Positions 13,381-28,473 of a stretch of 64,000 nucleotides of DNA are shown piece after piece. The stretch spans positions 9,238,001 to 9,302,000 of the forward strand of contig OZ024747.1 in NCBI GenBank assembly GCA_964016885.1, given 5' to 3'. The notes beneath the pieces are model-generated. The model was not told the DNA's origin. It saw only the letters and a program-made list of their open reading frames with translations, and did no database searches. Position numbers and translations under genes: made by a program. The stretch is from Eledone cirrhosa (lineage: Eukaryota). The first letter of the stretch is position 1; each line of letters opens with the position of its first letter.

Positions 13381-14960
13381 CTGGTGTGCTTATTTCTGGA
13401 GTTGATTAATAGTTTTCAGGCTTTCACATAAAAAATCCAGATATCTTCATGTAGAAGAGGAGGTGGGGGTGGGGGGGGGGGGGGGGGGGGCAGATAAAGA
13501 AGAACAAAAGGAAGAAAAGAAGAATAAAAAGGAGAAAAGAAGTGAAAGATGATAAAGAAAAGAAGAAAAATGAAGACGGAAAAGAACAAATGATAAATAA
13601 GAAGACAAATAAAAGACAATAAAAACAACCTTCACAGTTACAACATACGACACCAGCTGGCGCTGACTACCTAGCTGTAAAGATATTCCATAAGGTGTGA
13701 GCCTCGCGAGATGGCATGGCTCTTCCAACGCATTTCCCCTAACCATCCACCGGGGAAACGCCTTCTCCATTCTGTCCGCCGGAGCTGTGGGGAGGCCAGC
13801 ACGTGGGACCCCATTTGCACACCATACAGAGAAATGGGGAGGGCGAGAGAGATGGAGGCGATGATAGTGGGAGTTCGCATCTTCGACGTTCGGACCATAT
13901 CCTTGTGGTTGTGTTCATTATCTATAGAGTTCATTCTATTATTTAGTTGTTATCGAACCAACACCTGATCTTTTAACTCTTTTGAAATCCATGTTTTTTA
14001 AAATTTGTTTTTTATTATACTTCCATGTTATATTTTAAATTTATTTGTAAATTCAAATATATATTATTTTTTACTGCCCTTATCACACGAAGGAGGTACA
14101 TTTCACCTGTATATAATAGGTAACAGGGATAGGAATATTGCAGCCAGAGTATTTTAATTAGTAGGTGGTAGCACTGACATTCTGACGACTCTTTCATTAG
14201 TTTACAAGAATGTGTATCTTGGAAAAGAATGGGTCCTGCTAGTCAATCATTCCCAAGATACATTTTATTATGAGGAAATATTTGCCACTGCAAGGCATGC
14301 ATTAATGCAATCATTCAATCAATCTCTGGAAATGCATACAACCAATCAAATAATTCGGAGTAGCCATGATACCATTCACCCCCTCCCAACGATCTAACCA
14401 TGATACCATTCACCCCCCCCCCCCCCACCTTCATACACTATATCTTTGGAAGCACCAAAGAAAGTCCGCTATAATATAATTGGATGTCGACTAAACACAA
14501 TGGATTAATTTTCGATTTTAGCGTTTCCCGTCAAAAGCGCGTTCCATATTCTCGTTTGCTTTTCATTATCGTTTGCTTCATATTGTCGTCTGCTTCAACC
14601 AATCAGCAACTGTAACTAACGCTCTCCTATCTCTACCTACCTTGTTTGGCTTCATTTCTCTGGTGGTGTGGAATTATGGCGATAGTGTTGTCGTTGTGCA
14701 TATTGTGTTATTTGCGTACGGTTGTCTTCTTCTTCTTCTTCTTCTTCTTCTTCTTCTTCTTCTTCTTCTTCTTCTTCTTCTTCTTCTTCTTCTTCTTCTT
14801 CTTCTTCTTCTTCGTCGATATTGTTATCCTCATCATCACGATCATGTTTTGTGTTTTCCTTCTCCTGTTTCTTCATTCTTATCCTCGTCCTCACCATTTT
14901 CTTCAGCATTCTCCTTTCATTCCTTCTTCTCCCTTCGACATTTTCTTCGGTAAGCAGAAG

Positions 14961-15051
<91 letters not shown>

Positions 15052-15482
15052 AGATGGAGGGGAGAGAGAAAGAAAAAGAGACAAAGAGAACGAGAGAGGG
15101 TGGGGGGAAACAGAGGAGAATAAGAATAATAAAATGGAATAAAAGATGAGAAAATATGAATCAGGAAAGAAGGAAAATTGTAAAGAAAGAGGATTTAAGA
15201 AAAGGAAAGAAAAGAGAGGAAAGAAGAATGACAGTGATGAAGAAATATATGGTGGAAGAAAGGACTCATGAAGGTGGTATGATGGTAGAAAAAAACACAA
15301 GATGGAGATAGCTGTGGAAAGAACAAAGATGGCGGCAAGGAAAAGAAAGAGAGAAATAGGAAAATAAGGCAGAAAGAAGGTCAATAAAGATGTCAACTAA
15401 AATGGAAAGAAATGAGGACAAAAGAAGAAACAAATAGATCTGTGGCAAAAAGGAACGACAGATATTGAATGAGCGAAGTGGG

Positions 15483-15484
<2 letters not shown>

Positions 15485-15513
<29 letters not shown>

Positions 15514-16237
15514 TGTATGTATGTATGTATGTATGTATGTATGTATGTATGTATGTATGTATGTTTGTATGTATGTATGTTTGTATGTATGCATGCATGT
15601 ATGTATGTATGTATGTATGTATGTATGTATGTATGTATGTATGTATGTATGTATGTATGTATGTATGTATGTATGTATGTGTGTGTGTCTGTGTGTGTGT
15701 CTGTGTTTGTATGTATGTATGTATGTATGTATGTAATGATGTCTGTATGTATGTATGTATGTATATATGTATGTATGTATTTATGTATGTATGTGTGTGT
15801 GTCTGTGTTTGTATGTATGTATGTATGTAATGATGTCTGTATGTGTGTATGTATGTATGTATGTGTGTATGTGTGTGTATGTGTGTATGTGTGTGTGTAT
15901 GTATGTGTGTGTATGTATGTTTGTATGTATGTATTTATGTTTGTGTGTATGTATGTATGTATGTTTTTATGTATGTTTGTATGTATGTATGTATGTTTGG
16001 GTGTATGTTTGTATGTATGTATCTATGTATGTATGTTTGTGTGTATGTATGTATGTATGTATGCATGTATGTATGCGTGTATGTATGTGTGTATGTATGT
16101 ACGTATGTATGTTTGTATGTATGTATGTTTGTATGTATGCATGCATGTATGTATGTATGTATGTATGTATGTATGTATGTATGTATGTATGCATGTATGT
16201 ATGTATGTATGTATGTATGTATGTATGTATGTATGTA
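15485..16237. repeat. (ATGT)n microsatellite
   Basis: Directly visible; abuts the RTE-derived element. Confidence 0.95.
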
Positions 16238-16300
16238 CGCCGGCGGCGTCAGGGCTGGCTGAAGAAGACGGCATGCGGTAGGCCGCCGCTTCATACGTCA

Positions 16301-16906
16301 GGTCACCAGTTGGTGCTACTGGTAACATGTATCCCAGTACAACCTGTCTCATGGTCGGGTCGTTGGCGACTAAACTGGCAACCCCACCAAGTTTTCTTGG
16401 TGAGGAGGGTGACTTTGGACATCCTGCAGGAATAAAAACAAAACCTGTCAAAGGGCAAAGGAGCTCTTAAGAGTCAATGGCCATCCAAAATCACCGGGAG
16501 AGATGACCCCTTAGCCTTTGTCAAGGCAGAATTCTAGGAGAAGGAAAACTCTGATATAACACCTGCAACCCTGATGGTATCCAATGATGTTGACTTGTTC
16601 TTCTTTTTGGTATATATCATCTTGGTTAAGAGAGTGGGACTGGCTTTGTGCAGTGCCTTTGCTCACTATAAAAGCTTCACGGCACAGGCATTGCTTTATA
16701 TCTGGAGATCTCTCTGCACTTGTCGTCACATGGTGCCATGGGCCCAGCACTATATGTCAATAATGGTCACAAGTGAGGTGTTTGTGCCAGAGTTTTCAAG
16801 TCGCTGGCTGGACTAAAAAGTCACACTCGTTCAGCGCATCGGTAGGGGTTCTCCTACATGGATATAAAGTAGTGGCCGTACTCGAAAACGAGTTGGCAGC
16901 CACCAT
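16301..16906 (+). mobile_element. Non-autonomous, internally deleted RTE-derived element with (ATGT)n tail
   Basis: RTE-like 5' UTR (ctaggagaaggaaaactctgata) joined to a terminal C2H2 remnant CARVFKSLAGLKSHTRSAHR*. 3' hairpin CTCG-AAAA-CGAG shared with the RTE at 20.9-22.0 kb. Confidence 0.8.
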
Positions 16907-17135
16907 GTATGTTTGTATGTGTATGTATGTATGTGTGTATGTGTGTATGTGTGTATGTATGTATGTGTGTGTGTGTGTGTGTACACACTCACACATACAC
17001 ACACATGAAGGCATACACGCTCATATATAACTATATATTTATATATATGAACACACACACACATACATACACACACACAAATATACATATGTATATATAC
17101 GTACACATGTATATACATATATGTATATCTATGTG

Positions 17136-17202
<67 letters not shown>

Positions 17203-17267
17203 GAAATACTGTTGGCTTCTTGCTCACATTAATTTCTCTATTTTCATTTATATATATATACATATAC

Positions 17268-17317
<50 letters not shown>

Positions 17318-17667
17318 GCATGTATGTGTATGTATATATATATGTATATATATATGTATATATATGTGTATGTGTGTATATATATGTGTATGTGTGTACA
17401 CATGTAAGCATGGACAGGTATGTGGCTTCAGTTCGATGCAAACCAGCAGAGAAAAGGAAGGCAAGAAGGAAAGAGAGAAAGAAATGAGAGAGAAGGAGAT
17501 AATTATGTATACTATGGTTTCAGTGGCTTGTAGAAGAATGAAGAAACAAGATGAGAAAGAGGAGGAGGAAGAGAAAGAAGGGAAGAAGAAGAAAAAGAAA
17601 GAGAAGCAAAAAAAGAAGCCAGAGAAAAAAAAAGGACGAAGCAAAGGTAGGAGAAGGAGAAGATACA

Positions 17668-17698
<31 letters not shown>

Positions 17699-18640
17699 AA
17701 GAAGAAGAAGAAGAAGAAGAAACCAGAGAAAAAAGGACGAAGCAAAGGTAGAAGAAGGAGAAGATACAAAAGAAGAAGAAAAAGAAAAAGAAGAAGAAGA
17801 AAAAACCAGAGAAAAAAAGGACGAAGCAAAGGTAGAAAAAGGAGAAGATACAAAAGAAGAAGAAGAAGAAGAAGAAGAAAATGAGGAGAGAGAGAGAGAG
17901 AGGGGGAGGGTTTAGAAAATGGCGGCGGAAGAAGACGGAATGTATGGCAGCAGAAGAGAGGAAGTGTTGGAAATGTAGGTAGCAGGCGAAGATATAAAGA
18001 TGGCTGTATGGCTTCAGTTCGCTACAAAAAATTACATTAACTGAAGCGGTCGAAGAAACCAGACAAAATATTTGTATCTACACCCTCAATCACTGACACA
18101 CACATACACACAGACACACACACAAACACACTCACATACACACACGAACACACACACTCACAGACACTCACACACACGCACACAGACGCACACAAACAGA
18201 CACTCACACACACACACACAGACGCACACAAACAGACACTCACACACACACACACACACACACAAACAGACACATGTACACTCACACACACACACACACA
18301 GACACACACATACACTCACACACACACACACACACAAACAGACACATGTACACTCACACTCACACACACAAACAGACACATGTACACTCACACTCACACA
18401 CACACACACACACAGACAGACACACATATACACTCACACACTCGCAGACACACACACACACACACACTCACACACAATGTATATATATGTATATATGTGT
18501 ACGCACACGCATATATACTTACATACTTATACATTTTGATATATATATATATTTATACATACACATTCACACATATGTGTGTATATATATATGTATATAT
18601 GCATATGTATATATATTACACATGCACACACACACACGTG

Positions 18641-18672
<32 letters not shown>

Positions 18673-18685
18673 CATACATATATAC

Positions 18686-18781
<96 letters not shown>

Positions 18782-19303
18782 CAATGTGTGTATGTATGTA
18801 TATACATACATACTCGAACACACACATCCACATATACTGACATACATATATACAAGGTTCTGTTTTTAGTCTCGCCTTTTGTGTTACCTTCTATATTATT
18901 ATTTATATAATATTTTTTTTATATTTTGTGTTATTTTTGTTCTTATTTTTATAGCTTGTAGGGGAAAATGGTTACAAACGTCTCCGGAGTTTGTCGGAGT
19001 TTGTCGGTGTTTGGCGGAGTTCGGCGGATGTCGGCGATGAGATTGCTGTAATGCAATATTGTGGCCGTTGGTATCACGCCACCAACTTTAAGGTTTCTTT
19101 CCTTTTTCTTCTTTCCCTGTTCATTCCTTATTCCCCCCTCTCTCTCTCTATATATATACCTATCAATCTGTCTACCGACTCATCTATCTTTCTTTCATTT
19201 CTTATACTTTTTTTTCATAAGGCTTCTGAAGCCTCTTCGGCAAAATGACGAGAGTAACAACAACAACAACAACAACAGCAGTAACAACAACAGCAACAAC
19301 AAG

Positions 19304-19387
<84 letters not shown>

Positions 19388-19838
19388 AACAACAACAACA
19401 GTAGCCATTACAAGCAGAGTAACAACAGCAACACTAACAAGAATCTCCATTAAACCATTCAATTTCCATCCCTTCTCTCTGTGATTATTTGTCAGCCTGT
19501 CTTTCTGTTTGACTGTGGGTCTGTAGGTCGGTTTCTAGTCGGCTTGTCTGTCTGTCTGTCTGTTTGTCGGTCTGTCTGTCTGTCTGTCTGTCACCCCTGT
19601 GTGGACTCACTATTCAGAAATTCACATATCTAAGTATACCTATGTATACGTATATAGATCAATATATGTATATATATATATATATGTTTGTATATAATGT
19701 ATGACCAAGACATACACATCTTAATGTCTTATCTTGCAGAACCTTCTTATTTAGTTTCTAACCAGAATCCAAGTGAATGGGCAGGGAATAAATTCTGTAT
19801 ATCTTCTCATTCTTTCTTCTGTATATCTTCTCATTCTT

Positions 19839-19874
19839 TCTTCTGATGAAGGACTAGCGTCCGAAACGTTAAGA
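19839..19874 (+). ncRNA. Minimal hammerhead ribozyme, family B
   Basis: TCTT-CTGATGA-A-GGAC TAGC GTCC-GAAACGTT-AAGA. Stem III is reduced to the palindrome AACGTT, as in dimer-type minimal hammerheads of Penelope-like elements. Confidence 0.75.
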
Positions 19875-19936
19875 CCCTCTTCCTGCTATATCAAGCCTAA
19901 TATATAATTGTGTTGTTATTTCTGTTTACCTTTTAC

Positions 19937-19969
<33 letters not shown>

Positions 19970-20049
19970 CATACATACATATATATATATAATTGTTTCT
20001 ACGTTAGGCACAAGGCCAGCAATTACCCAATGCATTACTGGTACTTATA

Positions 20050-20353
20050 TAATATAAGATCAAAAGATGGTTAAAAGGGTTCCAAGTATTTTATTATGCG
20101 CATTTCAAAACAAATGCCATCATGGGATGATATTTGCGTTCTCATCAGATAAAATAGGGAAACATGATATGAAGTTTAAAAACACTTGTGAGCAGTGAAG
20201 TTTTAAATCAACTTCACTGTTTTTAAACTTCATATCATGTTTCCCTATTTTTTTTGATGAGAACGCAAATATCATCCCATGATGGCATTTGTTTTGAAAT
20301 GCGCATAATAAAATACATGGAACTCTTTTAACCATCTTTTGATCTTATATTAT
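20050..20353. repeat. Fold-back inverted repeat (~135-bp arms), each arm carrying a family C hammerhead-like motif
   Basis: 20050-20186 is the near-perfect reverse complement of 20219-20353. The minus arm reads CTGATGA...GAAA-TGCGCA-TAATAAAATA; the plus arm has TTGATGA. Confidence 0.85.
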
Positions 20354-20446
20354 TTATACTCCAGTCCTATAAACTGTGGAGTGCTACTTATCTGATGTTT
20401 GCATTGCTTTATTGTTGCTACATTCGGGAGAAATCATCAGGAAGCC

Positions 20447-20491
20447 CTGATGATTTCTCCCGAATGAAACGGTTCTAGTCTTGTAGAAGCC
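20447..20491 (+). ncRNA. Hammerhead core, family A variant, preceded by an inverted partial copy (20421-20446)
   Basis: CTGATGA-TTTC TCCC GAAT-GAAACGG-TTCTAGTC-TTGTA-GAAGCC. The stem I 5' strand GGCTTC survives only in the inverted copy. Confidence 0.7.
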
Positions 20492-20779
20492 ATTCTATAT
20501 TATATACGGTTATACTTGGGGAGGGTCATATTGTTGTAATGATATTGTCAGAAATAATAACAGAATACACTGTTTGGTTGACTTTCGCTTCTGTATCTTT
20601 TATATCACCATAGGTAATTTATTTGGCAATCAACGTTTATCATTGATTGACCAACGGTTAAAAATACAGATATAAATATATATATATAGTCTATCAAAGT
20701 TCTTTCGTTGCACATCTGCAACATCATCAGTGGTACTATTATGTTGCCTCCTATTGTATATATGTATATATATATATGC

Positions 20780-20812
<33 letters not shown>

Positions 20813-20904
20813 TGTATGTATGTATGTATGTATGTATGTATGTATGTATGTACGTATATATGTATTATATATGTATTATATACAGCAAAGTATTTACATC
20901 AATC

Positions 20905-21985
20905 ATAAGAGACCTCTTGTATGCAGATGATTGCGATCTTGTAGCGCACACAGAGAGTGATATGCAGCACATTTTGAATGCATTTTCTGACGCTTGCACT
21001 GTCCTAGGATTGACATGGCGTTCACTGGAGGGACCACATCAGTGATACCGAGATTTTGGAAAGCTCTATGTGTGACAGTATAGAAGCTCTTGTGCTTAAG
21101 CAACGACTCCGTTGGAGTGGTCACCTTGCTAGGATGAAGGATTCTAGAATACCAAAACAACTCTTTTATGGAGAGTTAGTTAAAGGAAAACGACCGCCAC
21201 ATAAACCAAAAAAAGAGGTATAAGGATTTCTTGAAAGCCTCTTTGAAAGACGCTAACATCTCTGCTGATACATGGGAAAATATTGCTGCTGATCGTAATA
21301 TATGGAGAAAGACTGTATATGAGGGAAAAGTTGCTTTTGAGGCATCTCGATTCGCATACGAGAAAGTAAAGCGGGATGTGAGGAAGGGCATTGCTGTTGC
21401 ACTTCCAGACGGAGAGGGTCCTCCTATGGTGCTGACATGCAGCGTCTGTGCGAGACTCTGCCTCAGCAAAGCTGGACTCGAAAGTCATCTTCGCAGTCAT
21501 AAAGTAAGACCAGTGGTTGACTACCAGGCTGCTGTTGGAGATGCTACGCATCATGCTTGCCAAGCATGTGGTAGAGAATGTAAATCAGCAGGAGGGCTCA
21601 AGTGACATGCAAAAGTACACGAACTCCAACCACAGCCGACTATTCCCAGTAAATGTTTTGGTTGCCGACTCTGTGCAAGACATTTTAGATCATTGGCTGG
21701 GCTAAAAAGCCACATTCGATCGCAGCGCTGTTAGTTGCTATCGCGTGTGTGTGTGTGTGTGTGTATATATATGTTTATGTGTGTACGTGTGTGTGTATAT
21801 ATATATATATGTATATTATTATTGTTGTTGTTGTCATTATTATTAAAGAAATCATTATTGTTGTTGTTGTCGTTATTATTATTGTTGTTATTATTATTAA
21901 TATTGTTATTAATATATGTATATATATATATTTTTTTTTTCTCGTGCAATGGCCATACTCGATAACGAGGGGGCAGCCATCATAT
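20905..21985 (+). pseudogene. Degenerate RTE-clade LINE 3' part: RT fragment, C-terminus and three C2H2 fingers
   Basis: RDLLYADDCDLVAH, WSGHLARMKDSRIPKQLFYGEL, CSVC..HLRSH, CQAC..H and CRLC..H. Contains deletions, a frameshift and stop codons. Confidence 0.85.
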
Positions 21986-22548
21986 ATGTATGTATGTATA
22001 TATGTATGTATAATCGACGGCAGCCAATGATGTTGACCTGTTCTTCTTGTTTTTGGTACCAGTCACCGTTGTTCAGAAAGTAGGATTGGTCCAGTACAAG
22101 GCTTTTCACCATTTAGAAAGCTTCAAGCACAGGCAGACATCAGTTGGTCTAAACGACTTTCACGTGTGTCGTGTGAGCATGGCCTTTTCTATTTTCTTTT
22201 GATTCAGCACATGTAGAAAGGAATGGCTAAAGAGTCATATACGTGCTGCCCATCTGAGAATAAAGTCAAGATGAAGCCAATATATATATATATCTTATGC
22301 TGACAGAATAACTATGTAGCTTGTGCCCTTCCTATCTACGGTTAGCTTTCCTCTTTGTTGTTTACTTGTCTCACTCGCTTTACGCGTTTTAATTGTCCTA
22401 ATAACTTAATTTAGTTATTATTGCACCAACGTGAGGTATATGATTTTTAATGCAATGAAATATCTATGATCGTTGGCAAATCACTGATGAGGGACTCATT
22501 TTATAACATGTTATCCATGTGCAACCTGCAGTATTCTTCTCCCCATTT

Positions 22549-22632
<84 letters not shown>

Positions 22633-22666
22633 ATGTGCAACCAGCAGTATTCTTCTCACCCATATT

Positions 22667-22743
<77 letters not shown>

Positions 22744-23026
22744 TAAACGGAATAGAAAATGCTGACAAATTGTTCACAGTTGAAAAATGGTTTAATTAGG
22801 AATAAAAGAGTATTAGTGATTGTATGGGTTAGTATTCAGTTGTGGTTTTAAGTTTTTAAGTTTTTACCGGTTGCGCATTTCTAAATGCTTTTCAAAAATA
22901 ATTTTGAGATAGAGTGTCCGTGCTGTTTGCTCTGCTCTGATCTATTATATATATATATATATAATAACTAGAAATTGATTAACATATGAATAAACATGAA
23001 TAATCACAGGAGATAATTTTTACATG

Positions 23027-23122
<96 letters not shown>

Positions 23123-23345
23123 TGTATGTGTATGTGTGTGTGTGTGTGTGAGTGTGTACATTAAGCCTGTCACTATACGCATACACATCACATATTCATG
23201 AAGACAAATACATTTTTATATGTTAATCAATTTCTAGTTATTATAAAATGCTCGGACCTATTCGTTAGAATCTTAGAGCTTATTTTGCGGGTGATATGGC
23301 GCATGTCTTTCTGGCATGACACCCATAATTTTGATTATCTAATTT

Positions 23346-23398
<53 letters not shown>

Positions 23399-23404
<6 letters not shown>

Positions 23405-23584
23405 GATGATGTGCTCAAGTGGAGAACTTCTATAAAGATAGCTTATAAAATAAGGTGAAGACTCTTAAATGACGGGAAAAGAAGTTGCCAGCGGCCAATT
23501 GTAACTTCTTTTTCCATCTTTCAAGGATCTTTACCTTATTTTATAAGCTATCTTTATAGCATTTTTGCATTTAAGCACATCATC

Positions 23585-23590
<6 letters not shown>
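23399..23590. mobile_element. Palindromic MITE-like element in (TA)n
   Basis: aaaggatgatgtgct...tataaagatagcttataaaataaggt is mirrored by accttattttataagctatctttata...agcacatcatccttt. Confidence 0.75.
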
Positions 23591-23661
<71 letters not shown>

Positions 23662-23846
23662 GGTGCAATGACTAGCATGAACTCGCTATCTTATAAACAG
23701 CGTATTTGTCTTCATGAATATGTGATGTATATGCGTATAGTGACAGCCATAATGTACACACTCACACACACACACACACAGACACACACACATATACATA
23801 CACATATATTTATATATATATATATATTAATTGGGAAAACCACACC

Positions 23847-23931
<85 letters not shown>

Positions 23932-24007
23932 GGTTTCTAACATAGACACGAAACTCCTTCATTAGAATTTAGACAACATCAAGTAGGTAAATATATATGT
24001 ATGACTG

Positions 24008-24094
<87 letters not shown>

Positions 24095-24226
24095 ATGTTT
24101 CGAGTTATATGTGTGTATGTGTATATGCTTTGTATCTGTACATGCAGTTATTACATGCAAGATCTTTGGAATGTTTTTAATTTTTGTGTATGTATGTATG
24201 TATGTGTTTTTATGCGTGTTTGTTTG

Positions 24227-24347
<121 letters not shown>

Positions 24348-25551
24348 ATATATATGTATGTGTATATATATATGTGTATATATATGTGCCTGTTTGTATG
24401 TGTATATGTACACATAATTGAAGAAGTAGCGGCTTCGTCATGGCGATATGGCTGTTTGTAGCATTTGGAATACATCTGAATACAAACACACAAACGGATC
24501 GAAAATAGCTAGAAATCGTTGTCGGTGATTTATAAATCTTAACGCAGACGTTATAAATAATCTAAAACTAGATATTTTATACAGTTTTGTTTTGCCTGAA
24601 ACCTCTCCAAAATAGAAAAACGGAGAACGGATTTTAATATAATTAAATGAAACTCGACAGTTAAATACAACGAGAGAGAAGAAAAATTGTGAATCACCAA
24701 AATGGCTACCAGTCTGACGATCGGCTTATATTTGTAGAACGAAAGTTAAATTATTTAAACAGAGAGATGTATTTAATTATGTCTCATATAAAATAATACA
24801 ACTGGCTATCCGCAAAATACGTATAATTGGGATTATACTAAGGTATATCCTAATGTTTGTTGAGTGAGACGGAAGCCGGTCGGAGTATTGCTTAAAGCTT
24901 TCTCTGTTAATGTATTAAATAGTAAATAATTATTTAAACAGTTCAGATTATATATATATATATATGTGTGTAATCAATTATTTAAATGGTGTATTTATTT
25001 TTTAAATTGGAATTCAATAAAAATGCCGAATAAAGTATTAGGTTTTCTTATTTTTTATGATACCATTTAGCGGTGCAAATAGGAACTGAATCAGTCACCT
25101 TCCAGGATTTTAGTTCTCTGTCGGTCTCCCTTGTTGTCGGTTGCTCTCCCTTGTTTTTTGTCGCTCTCCCTTGTTTTCCGTTGCTCTTCAGTGCTTAGTT
25201 AAAACTATTGTTTCATTCTTTTGAATAATATTGCTTTATATTTGAACACGAAATGAAAATCGATGATGTTCATGCCTCACGAAAGATTATTTGCAACGTA
25301 AACGAAGAGGATTCATTATAATTGGTAAGAGGAGGCAGAATCGTTAGTATTTAAATACGAACTTGAATTCAAATCTGCTAGAATCAATTTTGCTTCTTTT
25401 TTTTTTCAATCCCTCCGAGGTTGATAAAATAAAGTCATATACTGAGATATCATCACCATTGTTATCATCATCATCACTCTACACCTCCTCCTCTATACAT
25501 AGAGCTCTCTTCCTTCCTTTACCTTTTTTACGGAAATACTTCATATATATA

Positions 25552-25667
25552 TAGAAGTAGTAACACAACAGTTAGATCACCATACCGAGAACAATTGTTT
25601 CACCTTAGCAGATGGTGAAACAATTGTTCTCGGTACGCTGAACTAACTGTTGTGTAACCACTTCTAC
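25552..25667. repeat. Fold-back hairpin carrying a possible hammerhead 3' half (GAAACAATTGTT)
   Basis: ~53-bp imperfect inverted arms around ttagcagat, beginning right after a TA run. Confidence 0.7.
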
Positions 25668-25720
25668 CAAACTCGTCCCATGGACTGAGTGCTCTACCAC
25701 TACGGATATTACCTTCCAGT

Positions 25721-25808
<88 letters not shown>

Positions 25809-26787
25809 GATTTTAGTCTTCAAATTTATTATTATTACTATATATATATAGTTTCTGTCTGGTTCTTATTCACTTATTCACATATGTCTGTCTACCAACC
25901 ATGTAATTATGTATATTATACTATGTTCATTATTTGATATTGATGTACCCTTATGTTAAATTTTGTAAATTCTGGAATATGTTTATATTTTTATAATTTT
26001 TGTAATGTTTAGATAATACTTATTTATACCAATTGTATAAAAACTTGACCTCCGTCTGTTTTCTTACAACGGTATAGATATTTTTCCAGCACAATCTTTT
26101 CAACACAATTTAGTTCTGTATGATATTTTTTTTCTCACCCCCTGTGTGTAACTTTATATGATTTGTTAAGTTATATGCCAATATATTATAATATTGTTAT
26201 TATAGTGTTATTGTAATATTTATACTGTTTGTGCAAATTGACCGGAGATTATTAATTATATATTTATATAGTATATTATATTTTCTATGTTTACTTTTAC
26301 TCATTTCTTTATCATTTTATACTGTAAATAATATATGTATTATTTTTATTTTTATTTTTATTTTTATTTTTATTTTTATTTTTATTTTTATTTTTATTTA
26401 AACTCTTAATAGGTGTTAGTTTGGGTTTGTATAGATCGATATGTGTATTGATATATATATGTATATGTATATGTGTACATATGTATATGTATATGTATGT
26501 TTATTGGGCCTTTTTATATTATTATTATTATCATTATCAATTATATTATATTATATTATATTATATTTAGCACCGTAATTCTCCCTTTATATCACCACTT
26601 GTGTTTAGCTTTAGTTTTTGCATTGTACTATATTTGTAATATGGTTCAAAATGTTATTCACTTCCTTAGCAATTTTTACTTGATAATTTTTACTTGATAA
26701 TTTTCCTATGCTTTAATGTATGTATACTCCATATTCTTCTGAGTTTTTGGCTTGTATTGGCCGATAGTGTTTCTTATAGCTTTACTT

Positions 26788-26825
26788 GCCCTGATGAGTC
26801 CTTAATAGGACGAAACATTGTTGGC
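26788..26825 (+). ncRNA. Hammerhead ribozyme, family E
   Basis: GCC-CTGATGA-GTCC TTAATA GGAC-GAAAC ATT GTT-GGC: textbook core and stem II, minimal stem III, GUU triplet. AATAAA follows directly. Confidence 0.8.
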
Positions 26826-26971
26826 TAATAAAGACTTTTGATGTATTGAAGGCTTCTTTGGTTTATTTCTTAATTCTTTGGCTCTGTTTAATTACATTGA
26901 GCTATACCTTTACTGTCATTTCTATAATATGAAGAGGGTGTTTAACTCCAACACACTCTAGTATTTTAATT

Positions 26972-27028
<57 letters not shown>

Positions 27029-27450
27029 TTCAATGGATTACATTTATTAACACGATATCTCACTTTCTTATTCTTGCCTTTGTCTTTCTTTTTTCCTTCT
27101 TTACCTCCCCTTGTTTTACAGTCTCACGAGACTATCGTTGCTATAAAAAGTACGATACCTTCTCCTAGTCGTCATAATTACTGCAAGTTATTGTTTTGTC
27201 TTGCTTATACTCCACGGACAGCGCTTTGGCTTGTGCCAGACATTGTGACCCCGGGTGGACCAGCAGTACCGTCGGTAGGGGTCGAAAATCTCAAAGTTCG
27301 CCCTGATGGCTGAAGACCTTGGAGTACTATGCCTTTCGTTTATTTTTTTTAATTTATTTTCAAAAAATATTTTTTTAAGGTTTCCTCTTCAAAAATGTTT
27401 GTTCGTTCTACCTTGTTCTCGTCATTGTCTTCTATTTGTTAATTTTTTTA

Positions 27451-27542
<92 letters not shown>

Positions 27543-27551
27543 CATACATAC

Positions 27552-28157
27552 ATGGTGGCTGCCAACTCGTTTTCGAGTATGGCCACTACTTTATATCCAT
27601 GTAGGAGAACTCCTACCGATGAGCTGAACGAGTGTGACTTTTTAGTCCAGCCAGCGACTTGAAAACTCTGGTACAAACACTATACTTGTGACAATTATTG
27701 ACACAAAGTGCTGGGCCCATGGTACCATGTGACGACAAGTGCAGAGAGATCTCCAGATATAAAGCAATGCCTGTGCCGTGAAGCTTTTATAGTGAGCAAA
27801 GGCACTGCACAAAGCCAGTCCCACTCTCTTGACCAAGATGATATTTACCAAAAAGAAGAACAAGTCAACATCATTGGATACCATCAGAGTTGCAGGTGTT
27901 ATATCAGAGTTTTCCTTCTCCTAGAATTCTGCCTTGACAAATGCTAAGGGGTCATCTCTCCCGGTGATTTTGCATGGCCATTGACTCTTAAGAGTTCCTT
28001 TGCCCTTTGACAGGTTTTGTTTTTCGTCCTGCAGGATGTCCAAAGTCACCCTCCTCGCCAAGAAACCTTGGTGGGGTCGCCAGTTTAGTCGCCAACGACC
28101 CGACCATGAGACAGGTTGTACTGGGATACATGTTACCAGTAGCACCAACTGGTGACC
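27552..28157 (-). mobile_element. Second copy of the RTE-derived non-autonomous element
   Basis: Reverse complement of 16301-16906 over its whole length with few substitutions. Confidence 0.85.
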
Positions 28158-28175
28158 AAACATATATATATATAC

Positions 28176-28424
<249 letters not shown>

Positions 28425-28425
28425 C

Positions 28426-28473
<48 letters not shown>

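Noticed and set aside
17916-17927. YY1-like motif AAAATGGCGGC as a promoter
   Set aside because: Isolated match in low-complexity purine-rich DNA with no associated gene.
27244-27325. GACCCC...GGGGTCGAAA...CTGAAGACC hammerhead-like words
   Set aside because: The boxes cannot be arranged into a valid type I, II or III topology.
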